From NCBI GenBank assembly GCA_965153285.1, contig OZ229129.1: 64,000 nt of DNA. One strand, 5' to 3'. Below, one piece after another: positions 37,215 to 48,779 of the stretch (the stretch's first letter is position 1; every line of letters starts with the position of its first letter). The DNA comes from Podarcis tiliguerta (taxonomy: Eukaryota). The notes beneath the pieces were generated by a model. It did no database searches, was not told the DNA's origin, and saw nothing but the letters and a program-made list of their open reading frames with translations. The translations under genes were made by a program, and so were the position numbers.

Positions 37215-37725
37215 ACTCTGAACTGTGGAATTTGGTCCAAGAGGAGGCAATGATGGCCACAAACTTGGATAGCTTTAAAAGAGGGTTACACAAATTCATG
37301 GAGGATAAGGCTATCAGGAGCAACTACCCACAAGGCCTATTCTCTACCTCCACTGTTGGAAGCATTTTGCTTCTGAATGCCAGTTTCTGTGAAAGACAAG
37401 TGGGGAGAGCACTGTTGTGCTCAGGTCCTGCTTTGAGACCAGTTGTGACTGGTGGCGTTGGGCCATCGTGTGAGGAAGGTGTTTCCACAGCTTCCTTGCA
37501 CACCAGAGCCAGGCTCCAATGAGGAAGCCTGTTGTGGGGGCGTCAGGTTGTGCCTCCTATAAAAAAAAGAGAGCCTGGGGCCACCACCACCTCAGCCACC
37601 CCTCCACACTGTGCCACTGCTTTCAGACTCCTCATATGCAAATGACTGGCCACTGTGGGAACAAGATACTGAACTTATGGAACACTAGCTCGATCCAGCT
37701 TGCTCTTCTTTTCTTATGTTCTTAC
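37215..37725 (+). mobile_element. CR1-like LINE 3' end with an internal insertion (~37438-37632)
   Basis: Translation MATNLDSFKRGLHKFMEDKAI; 3' end GATCCAGC...CTTATGTTCTTA. Confidence 0.7.
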
Positions 37726-38868
37726 AGCTCTGACTTCACTGAAAAGTGTGGGGTTATTTATCTGAAAGCAATTGGTTAGAAGTTAGAATGGTGTCTGTAT
37801 TTTGTAAGGGTGCCAGCGATTTCTTTTTTTATTATTAATGATCAGAGTCCATGCCCACTGCTCACTCTGGGACCAATTCAACAGTTTCACCTGTATGCCC
37901 CTCTTGTTGGAAGTGGGGAGTCTTTAATTCCACCAGGATTGTTGTTTGCTGTAGTTGCTAATGATGAACTGCAATGGCAATGTGTGAATAAAAAACAGCA
38001 ATATCACTTTGCAGTTTGAAAATGCAAACAGAAGTTGATATGGGGGGGGGGGGGATACTCTAGTTATCTCAATAAACCTCAATTAGTCAAGGAGAAGATA
38101 TTATGCCTAAAGGAAGCCATTTTTATGAAGAAGAAAAAAGAGCTTACAACAATCTCCCCCCAAGTTTTTGTATCTGAATTTCCTAGTACAAATTGCTTCT
38201 GCTGTAACTTTGGCAGTGAAGATAAATTGTACATTATGCTATAAGTAGACTAGTTCAATGGGTTCTTTTGCAAATTCAAAATCTGAATTCTAGCAAAGGT
38301 TTTCTGCTCGAGTTAAGTAATTTTCCACAGGTGAAAAGATATTTGATGGTGATGGTGATGATGATGATGATAAAATGACTACTTTGGATTGTCCCCTGCA
38401 CTATGCATAAGCTGCTCATTAAATGGAGAGTTCCATACAGCAAATAACTGGGAAATATTACTAGAAATATGATTATCTGGACAATACATGCAATCATTAT
38501 TTGATGCATCAGCATAGAATTGATGCATGCATTGTCCAGGCAACATACATACCCTCCAAAATATATTAGAAGATGCATTTCATGCATCTAATTACAAATG
38601 TGGAACATGCCCAAGTGGAGAACATGCATAGTAGCCAGATAATGTATCTAATATTATGTTTATACTATGAAATCACATATATTCAATAAAATAATTTGGA
38701 GACTATAGAGAATGCCATGTAAATGTATCAAATATACCTTTATGCTGTTCAACATTGCCCAATGAATCTAAATAATGGTTGGTCACATTTTCCTGGCAAC
38801 GTACACACATTTATTCTACCGCAATGTATTGCCCTTGGTAAAGCGTCTTCTCCTTCATGGAGAGCACG

Positions 38869-39648
38869 TGTTGCGGTGGGGGCTAGCAAGACACCCCACT
38901 GTTGCTGGGCGGGAAGGAGTTTGGCCACCATTAGCAGAGGGCTGGCTGTTTCTGGGGAGTATTATATGTTGCCATTTATTTGATTGACAACCCTATTTGT
39001 TAAATACTCTGCACGCAGCGACGAGCTTCCTCTTTTCGCTGGGTGCATCGGATCACCCGCCCTCCCTCCCTATTTTAGGCTGTTCGCTTGACCTTGCTAT
39101 GCCTGTCATGGGGTCGCCTGCTTTTGGGTCAGGGGCCCAGTTGGAATTTTGTCCATTTGGCTGATTGGCTGGTGCCATTTGGTTTTTCCCTACTGCGTAG
39201 CAAATCGTCACAACTTGTAAGGTTTCAGTTAGGCATTGGTTTGGGAATTGGTTGGTGGAGGGGTATGGATTTGGTTGTGCCTGCCCCTCCAAAAGTGCTG
39301 CTGCTGCAAGGGTTTTCCGTTAAAGGAACCCAGGGGTTCACATGCTTTTGTCCGAACCCTGTCAAGAGGCTAGGGCCACGCAAGAGCCCCTGGGAGCATT
39401 TGGGGAGAGGTGAGGCATGGTTCCCAGTCCTGTCTCTCTCCCTGGGTGTCTTACCCTTTTCTGACTTCGCAGGCGTGCGAATGTCAGACTGTCCCCAGGC
39501 GGGGTTCAGATAGTCGCAACCAACGCCTAAGCAACCACTCACATTGCTTGTAATTTAATAAAGTTGTGGCCAAAATTATGCCAAACAACTTAAACAAAAA
39601 GAATGTGTCACTTGTGTTTTATTGGGGGGTTTCTTGGGGACCTCGACA
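38869..39648 (+). mobile_element. Solo LTR (780 bp; Gypsy/ERV-like)
   Basis: TG...CA ends with imperfect inverted termini TGTTGCGG / CCTCGACA; 4-bp TSD CACG / CACA; AATAAA at 39557-39562; richer in GC and CpG than its flanks. Confidence 0.8.
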
Positions 39649-40664
39649 CACAACTCTTGCTTTGCAGGCTTCTTCAGATTCTGAAACTGCCCATTTGGGG
39701 CAGATAAGGAAACAAGATGGGTCACATACACTTAAAGCACTCTTATACCACTTTAACTGTCATTACTTTCTCTCAAGGAATCCTGGCAACAATAGTTTGT
39801 TAATGGTGCAGAGAGTTGGAAGTAGACCCACAAACAGTTGCAATTCCCAACATCATTAATAGTTTCCAGGACTTTTGGGGGCAAGCCACAACTGTTTAAA
39901 GTGGTATAAGAGTGCTGTAAATTAATGCTGTGGATGTCACTATGGATTCAGGGAAACCCCCCCCCCCCAACTCTCATGTGGATATATATCTTGTGTATAT
40001 GTAATGTGCGTTTGGATAGCATATACCTTTTACTCTTAAGGATGCTCTGTCACTGTTGTTCTGATATCAGATGGGTGCAAAGTTCTTGCATATGAATGGG
40101 CATTGAGAAAGTACTGGCTTCAGAAGTGAACGTTGCCATAAATTTTTGTTTCTGACACTTATACAGCCAGGCACTAATCTCAATGTTCGCCGTGTGCAAA
40201 GTAGCAAGAGCTATAAATGTTATTACATGCTGCTCATTAATATGCAAAGGTGAACTTGTATTTTCTTTGCACATTGTCTTTGCCAGCTGATGGGCTGCTT
40301 AAACTGCCTTCAGCTCAAAGCACAGAGTAATGCGGCTTTTTCTTCCTTTCTTTTTTTACACGGCTCCGCTATGGAATTGATCTATAAATTAGATGGCTAT
40401 ACTTAAACGAAAATGAATGACACAGGGCAGTTCAGCCCTTCCCTGTGGACTCTGCTTCTAAATGTGGTTAAAATGCTGTGTTTGGCCTTTAAATTATGAA
40501 ATGTGCATTTCTTCAACACTTCAGGCAGAAACCAAAAGCTATTGCAAAACATGTCCATGTATAGAAAAATCAGCACTTCTGTATTCTAAAGGAAGTACCG
40601 TGCATTGTTTAGACTGGCAGGTTCACAGTTCAAATCTCACCTGAGTCATGAAGTCAACAGAGCC

Positions 40665-40975
40665 ATATTCATGCCATACATTTAAAACACTATGATGCCA
40701 TTTTAAACAGCCATGGCTTTCCCCTAAATAATATGAGAGGTGTAGTTTCTTAAGCGTGCTGAAAGTTTTTAGGAGAACCCTATTGCCCGCACAGAGCTGC
40801 ATTTCTCAGAATTCTCTATGAAGAGGGATTGATGGTTTAACCATTCTGGGAACTGCAGCTCTGTGAAGAGAATAGGGGTATCCTAAGAGCTCTCAGTGCC
40901 ATTAGCAAACTACAGCTCCAGAATTATTTGGGGGAAGCCATGACTATTTAGAGTGGTATCATGGTACTTAGTACT
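40665..40975. mobile_element. Palindromic non-autonomous DNA transposon of the 22640 family
   Basis: ACATTTAAAAC...CATGGCTTTCCC...GGGGAAGCCATGACT inverted structure. Confidence 0.6.
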
Positions 40976-41440
40976 GGTGTAGGTCATAAACAAGACAGTA
41001 TTTAAGAGTCTCTCACCTCTTCTTATGCACTCCCTAGGTTTCAGAGGAAATGAGTCCATATAGCTACATATTGTTACCCTAGTTTTCAGACTGGAGTCTT
41101 TCCCAGCAGATGCTGAAGATGTGAACCTCATGTCTTACCACTAAATTAAGATCATTTCCACCATCTACATCGGGTGTAGGGAATTTCTGGCCCACCAGTT
41201 ATTACTGAACCTTATATCCCATCATCCCTGGTCCTTGACCATGTTTCTCAGAGCTTATGGGAACTGTAGTCCAGCAAAACTGGAAGGGCTAAAGGTTCTG
41301 CAGTCCATATGAGAATGATAATACCGGCCTAGCAATATATATATATATATATATATGCTTTCGTAGATTTTCACGGGTACAGGAATGCAGGTTTTGGTGT
41401 CCTCGGGTGTCTTCCCGTGTAAAAGTTGGGGTGTCTAGGC

Positions 41441-41474
41441 GACGTTTCGACGAGGTCTCACTCGTCATCTTCAG
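41441..41474 (-). ncRNA. Minimal hammerhead ribozyme motif (PLE type)
   Basis: Reverse complement of CTGAAGATGACGAGTGAGACCTCGTCGAAACGTC. Confidence 0.7.
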
Positions 41475-42057
41475 GCTGGTGCTTTCGGCTTCTTGTTACT
41501 GGAACAGAGCAGGATCTCAGTGTTTGAGTTCCTATAAATACTGTTGAGGAGGTGTGGTGTATAGCCTCCAATGTTCTGGGCAGAGAGGAGGTTCCCAGGC
41601 TAGTGTGCCTTTTCTTCTTTTGTTCCTTAATTACTTGAGGGATATCTTGAGTGATTTCTTGAGTGATTTCCTGAATCCCACTTAGGTGGGTCATTAGGTG
41701 TGGATTAGTTGCTAAAGCCTTCGTGTCTTGAACTCTTGAACTTTGTGAAGAGTTTTTCTGAGAAGATGGCTGTACTGCACTTGGTTGTGCTCTGGCTTGG
41801 CTTCGTGTATAGGGGCGAGCTGTGGTTTTGTGGCCTGTGCCAGCCAGATCTGTGTAGGGATTGCAGGGGGGTGCAGCATCCGGAGGTGCCACCCTGGTTT
41901 GGCTACTGGATGGTGTCTGTAATTTATCTGTGGAGAGGGTCTGGGTTTGGGTCTGGTGTGGTTGATTGGTGATGGCGTTCTGTGTGCCTCTGGATCTGGT
42001 GTCAGATTTTGTGGGGAGGGCTAATTTCCAGATGTCTGGCAAGCGGGATGTGTCGTC
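41458..42057 (-). pseudogene. C-terminal ~200 codons of the PLE ORF (end of GIY-YIG region plus low-complexity tail), no start codon
   Basis: Open frame DDTSRLPDIWKLAL...QEITQEITQDIP...QPEDDE*; mirrored on + at 42058-42651. The M in the ORF track is a TTG. Confidence 0.7.
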
Positions 42058-42634
42058 ACATCCCGCTTGCCAGACATCTGGAAATTAGCCCTCCCCACAA
42101 AATCTGACACCAGATCCAGAGGCACACAGAACGCCATCACCAATCAACCACACCAGACCCAAACCCAGACCCTCTCCACAGATAAATTACAGACACCATC
42201 CAGTAGCCAAACCAGGGTGGCACCTCCGGATGCTGCACCCCCCTGCAATCCCTACACAGATCTGGCTGGCACAGGCCACAAAACCACAGCTCGCCCCTAT
42301 ACACGAAGCCAAGCCAGAGCACAACCAAGTGCAGTACAGCCATCTTCTCAGAAAAACTCTTCACAAAGTTCAAGAGTTCAAGACACGAAGGCTTTAGCAA
42401 CTAATCCACACCTAATGACCCACCTAAGTGGGATTCAGGAAATCACTCAAGAAATCACTCAAGATATCCCTCAAGTAATTAAGGAACAAAAGAAGAAAAG
42501 GCACACTAGCCTGGGAACCTCCTCTCTGCCCAGAACATTGGAGGCTATACACCACACCTCCTCAACAGTATTTATAGGAACTCAAACACTGAGATCCTGC
42601 TCTGTTCCAGTAACAAGAAGCCGAAAGCACCAGC

Positions 42635-42668
42635 CTGAAGATGACGAGTGAGACCTCGTCGAAACGTC
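42635..42668 (+). ncRNA. Minimal hammerhead ribozyme motif (PLE type)
   Basis: CTGAAGATGACGAGTGAGACCTCGTCGAAACGTC, identical to the motif in copy 1. Confidence 0.7.
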
Positions 42669-42719
42669 GCCTAGACACCCCAACTTTTACACGGGAAGAC
42701 ACCCGAGGACACCAAAACC

Positions 42720-42756
<37 letters not shown>

Positions 42757-43229
42757 CTATTTTACTTTGTCTATTGTGATTGACAGTAGCTCTCCAGTGT
42801 CCCAAGCAGAGGTCATTCTTAATCCCTCCACCAGAGACCTTTGTAGTGAAGGACTGAACCTGAGGCCCTAGATGTGCAAAGCATGTTTTCTATCTTTGAA
42901 CTGTTGTGCAGTCCTTTGCAGGGTTGTTGTAAAGACAGCTGAAAGTGTGGACATGAAGGGTTTTGCATGATGAAAAAGAAGTGATATTTTTTTCAACACA
43001 GCAGAAGGCCTTGTCACTCAGACCCAGTTCATTCACATCTTGGGCAAATGATATTTTGTGACAAGATGCTCACTTCTAAATAAGCCTTTAAAATATCAGA
43101 TAAGTATTCTTATCTTATCTATCACCTATGTATCACCTATCCTTTCTTCTACTAGTATAAGGAGCTTAGTATTTGTTCATATGTTTAGAAGTGAAAGGAA
43201 GAATTGTGAGGTCAGGTCATAAGGCAATT

Positions 43230-43370
43230 AGATCATAGAACTGTAAGGCTGGAGGGACCCTGAGGACTATCTAGTCTAACCTCCTGCAATGTAGGAACAT
43301 GCAGTTGTCCCATACGGAGATCAAAATTGCAATCTTGGCACTATCAGCATCATGCTCTAATCCATTGGGC
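43230..43370 (-). mobile_element. tRNA-SINE with CR1 3' tail (30719 family)
   Basis: ATCATAGAACTGT...CTAGTCTAACCTCCTGCAATG...GTCCCATACGG...TATCAGCATCATGCTCTAA. Confidence 0.65.
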
Positions 43371-43650
43371 AATCAGGTATATGTGATTGGTATTAGAATT
43401 TCCAACAAATTCTGGACGTAACTGGAAATTATTAATGTGATTTTAGAAATCACAAGCATCCTGCTTGTTGTTCTACTGAGTTGAATAAGAATTTATTCAG
43501 CTTCTGATTCTCTGATGTGTTAAATAACGCAAATATCATTTGCCCCAGAACCTCTTCTCTGCCTCAGTGAACTTTTTTCAGAGCACTGTGATAAATTCAA
43601 AGCTGATGGGGGGGGGCACACATTGCCATAGTTGGGCTATGCACTAAGAG

Positions 43651-44041
43651 TAGGGATAGGTGAAGCCATTGATTTTGACTCCTGACAGTTTCTCAATTTT
43701 AAATTCTGTTCACCACATTTCTAAATCCGTTTACAAAATTTCGTCATCATTTTAGTGCAAATTTCTGTATGCATTTTTGCCAAACATGCAGGGTTTTGAC
43801 AAATTTCCCCTGATTTAATGCATTTGGTGTATGCATTAAATGTATGCATCTTTATGTCATTGTTACCCCCAAACAGGCATTTTAGTACAAATTACTTCAG
43901 TGCAGAGCTGCATTACAAATTTCAGAGAAACATGGATTTTGAAGGGTGGCTGTGTTTCAGTTCCTGCGATTGATCTGGACAGTGTGAATCAGGTAAGCTT
44001 GCCTTTAAATGTGAACTCAGTTTAGTTTCTCCTCATCCCTA
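43651..44041. mobile_element. hAT (Ac-like TIR) MITE
   Basis: TAGGGAT...ATCCCTA ends; same family as 62513-62920. Confidence 0.65.
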
Positions 44042-45007
44042 ACCAAGCAGACCTGAAAACCTTTAAGGCTTTCAGTGCTAATTTGACATTTCTGCTATAA
44101 AACTTGTTTTCCATGATTTAACCAACTCCCCATCAACAGAATGCTTCATAGGTATGGCTGTACAATAAATTTCCACTTAAACTATCTTTCCCACAATCCC
44201 TGGGTACTGAATCAATCACTTACTATTAGGAATAGTCCCATCCATATGCTCCACTCAGATGTTTGATTTATATGAACCAAAGACACTTTTGGCTTTCCTT
44301 GCTACATATACACGTGAAATTAGCCAGCAAGCAGAATGAAATCAACTGTTTAATGCAAAGTACTATTAGACTCAAAGAAGGTCAACTTTCTGGAAAACAA
44401 CACATTTAGGGAGTTTCCAATGACAGCAAAGAAATGCTTATAACCTTGGGGGACACACACCAAAAGCTAGAACTTCAGGAAAGCACTATTAGATTTGTAT
44501 TACAAGGGACAATCGCTGAAGTGACAAGCAACTTGAGAGCTTGTGATCACTGTGTGTACATCTTTAGGGCTTTCAAAATTGCTACTGTGTGGATTTCAAG
44601 CTGTGTTGGTCTCTGTGTGTGTAAGTGTTAAGGAGAGTAGGGAGAAGACAGGTTGCATCAGCATTGCTCTGAATGATATCCTCAGGTGTCTTGGGGACCA
44701 AACCCGCTGATTTGCTAAGTAGGTGGAGTGGTGAGATAATTAAGAGAAAATTAAAAGTATTAAAATGATTTAAATCCATCTCTGGAAGTTTAAGGTTAGC
44801 ATAGGGTTTAGCCTCATATTCTCAATGCCCATAGAGACCCCCCACTCTAATAAAATACCGCAGATGTAAAACTAAATGAAATCTGAGCTTAAACGATCCC
44901 TCTTCACTCAAACAGCCTAAAGGGCTTGAGGCCAGCAAAATACACAATGCTCCATGGAGCTGGCCAAGACAAAAGGCAAAGCGTGTTTTGTTTTGTGCAC
45001 TGTAAGT

Positions 45008-45302
45008 TTGAATCCCCGTGGCGGGGTGCGCTCCCGTCATTCGGTCCCAGCGCCTGCCAACCTAGCAGTTTGAAAGCACCACCGGGTGCAAGTAGATAAA
45101 TAGGGAACGCTTACCAGCGGGAAGGTAAACGGCGTTCCGTGTGCTGCGCTGGCTCGCCAGATGCAGCTTGTCACACTGGCCACGTGACCCAGAAGTGTCT
45201 CCGGACAGCGCTGGCCCCCGGCCTCTTGAGTGAGATGAGCGCACAACCCTAGAGTCTGGCAAGACTGGCCCGTACGGGCAGGGGTACCTTTACCTTTACC
45301 TT
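45008..45302 (+). mobile_element. Sauria SINE, 5'-truncated, young subfamily
   Basis: Starts inside the B box (TTGAATCCCC) and ends (ACCTTT)n; short TSD TAAGT. Confidence 0.93.
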
Positions 45303-45350
45303 TAAGTGCTGATTTTATGCATAGGATCAACTGAAGCAGTGGAGCTATGT

Positions 45351-45354
<4 letters not shown>

Positions 45355-45407
<53 letters not shown>

Positions 45408-45412
45408 TGTGT
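45355..45412. repeat. Compound (CT)n(GT)n microsatellite
   Basis: Seen directly. Confidence 0.95.
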
Positions 45413-47277
45413 AGATGGAATTTTAAAGCTATTTCTATAATACAACACAGAGACCCCTTCTGTGCACAGTTACGCATGTCACTAGGCAGCAATGATTGAA
45501 AATAAAGGAAACATTATAGGCTAAACAAGGCCACAACTTTATTTGTTACAGTATATACCCAATGCTGGCATGGAATAAGATAAGGATCCATTTACTGGGG
45601 ACCATCGTTTTGCAAAGTTGACAAGGTTTGGAAGTCCCCGCTATGACACAAGCTATCCGTGAAGGGCTTGGCCAGCAACCTGGGGTATGCAGCAGAAGGC
45701 ACTGGTTCTCTGAGCTAGGGCTGAGGCAATACCCCCAACACCCCACTTTCAGAGAACTCTCTAAACTATTGATCCTGTCAAAGGCCCTCCCTCTCTAATT
45801 AAAGTTGTGACAATAAGAAATAGATAATCACACTCTTACTGTGAGAATGGTAAAACCCTAACAGCCTTTATCCAATTACAGTAAAGTTCATTTCCAACCT
45901 CCTACATCAGAGATGGGGGTCCTGTGCCCCCCATATATTGTTGGGACTCTGTCTCCCATCAGCTCTGATTATTGGCCACACTTGTGGGGGCTGATGTGAG
46001 TTGGAGTTTAACAACATCTGGAGGACCACCTCAATTTCCATCCTTTGTTCATTCCCAATTAAATTTCCAGTGTGATACTGTCACCTTGTTCAGATGTAAC
46101 TGTACTATTTATTAGGTTAGTGAAGAGTTGCAGATGTGATATGTTGAGAAACAATTATCTAATGAATGAAATAACAACTGTCTAAGCAGTGTTAGTGGGT
46201 CTCATCCGGCCCCAGGCTACAGTGAACTAACTTCTCTAGCCATGTGACCATTGGGAGTTTGTCTGAAGGCAACAGTCACATTTACAACATTAAAAATACC
46301 TCATGGAAATGATTTGCAGTAAGCCTTGTTATTGCACCCTCCCTCCTCCTCTCCTTATCTGGTGTGGCTGAGAGGAGTTTGAAACCTTCTGCTTCTGTTT
46401 TAGACTAACCACAGTTAAGTGTTAAAGTCTGAACATGGAAAAACTTTGATTACTCTTCAGCATGGGTTCTTGAAACAGACCAAATTCAAACCGCAGTTTG
46501 CTCTGCTGTATTGTTTCATCACCTCATAGTTTAGTGCAGAATTCAGATGCAACACTAAACTGTGATTCATTGAAATCAGGCACAAAAAACCCCCTTCTAA
46601 TCTGCTCTTTGAAGCCACACTAGTGGAGAAGTGGTAGAAAGAACAGAGTGAGCCCAAGGCTCATGCACATGCAAATTAACCATTTTTTAATCATTGCATC
46701 TGAACCAGACCAGTAAGACCTATCCTATGGCCAGGAAAAGCTACATCAAGGAGCATGCACCAAGATTAGTTATGGAACTGTTGTGTAATATGGAAATATA
46801 TGAAATACGTATGCCAATATATTTTTCAAAGAAAAAACAAGATATAATCGAAACAAATATAAGCAACACATTTATAGAGTTTGGAAAATAAAGAGAAGTT
46901 GGATGCAAAATATACATACATGAGGGAACAAAGAACACCACAGCAGGAGCTGCTATGCGAAGAAGAAGAAGGCAGGGAGAGAAACCAGCAGGGGATCCAA
47001 GCAGGAGGTAGAACAAGAAATGAGACAGCAGGTGGAAGGAAGGGCATGTGGCAAAACCATGTGGGTGGTTTGAAGACAGAACAATTGGAGATGAGGAGGA
47101 GGAGAATGAAGAAAATCAGCTTCTGTTGCACTCCTATCACAAGAACATCTCAAATCATTAGACAAGGAACAAAATCCTGAAATCTGTTCATGGAGCATAA
47201 AGGATTGCCTGCAGTGACTAAGGGTATGAAATTATAAGAAGGCATGTCCCCAATTTCCGAAGACAAAGCAACTGAAG

Positions 47278-47440
47278 GCTGCATGAAGAAGGTCCTAATT
47301 TCAGTCCCTAGTATCTCAAGGTAGGGCTGGGAGAGACTCCCTGCTTGAAATTCTGGAGACCCACTGCTGATCGATGTAGGCAGCAATGAGCAAGACTAAC
47401 CAAAGGTCTGACTCAGTAAAAGGCAACTTCCTGTCTTCCC
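47278..47440 (+). mobile_element. tRNA-SINE of the 122-318 family
   Basis: GGTAGGGCTGGGAGAGACTCCCTGCTTGAAA...GGTCTGACTCAGTAAAAGGCAACTTCCT. Confidence 0.65.
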
Positions 47441-48386
47441 AGCTCAACACAACTCAATGGCAAAACTGGATTTTCTGCAGTAAACACTGCACACCAGTTT
47501 GTCATATGAGCAGTTGACAGCTGGGAGAAAGTGTACATTGAATCTCAATGTTCAGGAGCAGTACACTTTTGAATATGAGATGAAAGGGCAGGGTTGAAGC
47601 ATTTATTCAGCTACTGTTGGAAAGAGAATACTGGATTAGATCAAATTTGGTACAGACCAGAAGGGGTGTTATGTGTAGCTTCTTTTCGTGAAAGTCAGCA
47701 TTCCAATCCTGACAAAGTGTTCAGAACAGCTGACCGCCATCTCAATTGCACACAGAAAGTACCGATTCATGCAATAAGGAAGTCAAATATTTATTGCAGT
47801 GGACATTCCAGATCTCTCATTCTCTTGCACAAGTTAATTTGGACATTGTGACACAATGCACTCATTAAAGTGATTAGCATCTCCTGATCACAGCAGTAAT
47901 CTTCACTAACCAAAATGTTGAGTCAATGGCAGCTAATAAGAAAGGAACTTACAATGTAGAAGAGCAGGTCACTATCAATACTGTCAATCTGTGTGGCAAG
48001 TCTCATAACGCCCATATGCTGGTGAATAGGGACAGGGCCTTTTCTATTATGGAACCCCATCTTTGGATTTTCTTCCCCTGGGAGGTGTGCTCAGTTAGGA
48101 TGAAGATTTATACATGGGATTTGATGGTTGTGATCCAATTAAGGTTTTCTCACATAGGAACACTTATTGCATCTAGGGCCTAGATATATCCAACCTGTTG
48201 GGTATGGCAGTTTGGGGGGGGGGAACCAATTATAATCAAAAGCATACAGAAAAATACACATGCATATGAGAGTCAAGCCCTACACTGTACAGTATCTCTG
48301 CAGCAAATTACAAGTGTTATAATTTTACCCCAAAAATGCACACATAACTTTTATGCAGTTATATGCAATTTTCTATGTATCTGTTA

Positions 48387-48755
48387 GGGACGCGGGTGGC
48401 GCTGTGGGTAAAACCTCAGTGCCTAGGATTTGCTGATCGTAAGGTCGGCGGTTCGAATCCCCGCGGCGGGGTGAGCTCCCATCGTTCGGTCCCAGCTCCT
48501 GCTCACCTAGCAGTTCGAAAGCACCCCTACGTGCAAGTAGATAAATAGGTACCGCTTTATAGCGGGAAGGTAAAGGGCGTTTCCGTGTGCGGCACTGGTG
48601 CTGGCTTGCCAGTCGCAGCTTCGTCACGCTGGCCACGTGACCCGGAAGTGTCTTCGGACGGCGCTGGCTCCCGGCCTCTTGAGCGAGATGAGCGCACAAC
48701 CCTAGAGTCAGTCACGACTGGCCCGTACGGGCAGGGGTACCTTTACCTTTACCTT
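48387..48755 (+). mobile_element. Sauria SINE, full length
   Basis: GGGACGCGGGTGGCGCTGTGGG head with GGTTCGAATCC B box; 12-bp TSD TATGTATCTGTT at 48374-48385 and 48756-48767. Confidence 0.96.
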
Positions 48756-48779
48756 TATGTATCTGTTTATTTGCTGGTT

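Larger units (their letters stand above)
41357..42724 (-). mobile_element. Penelope-like element (PLE), 5'-truncated, inverted-repeat form (copy 2)
   Basis: 668-bp inverted arms (41385-42052 and 42057-42724), 4-nt loop TCGT, 28-nt tail at 41357-41384, (TA)n flanks. The ORF begins DDTSRLPDIWKLAL, resembling the end of PLE GIY-YIG domains. Hammerhead motifs in both arms. Confidence 0.88.

Noticed and set aside
42067-42651. Two identical 194-aa ORFs as a duplicated host gene
   Set aside because: They are mirror arms of the PLE palindrome, begin at TTG, and are a truncated transposon ORF.
46881-47180. 99-aa E/R-rich ORF
   Set aside because: Purine-rich low-complexity DNA, TTG start, no splice context or domain.
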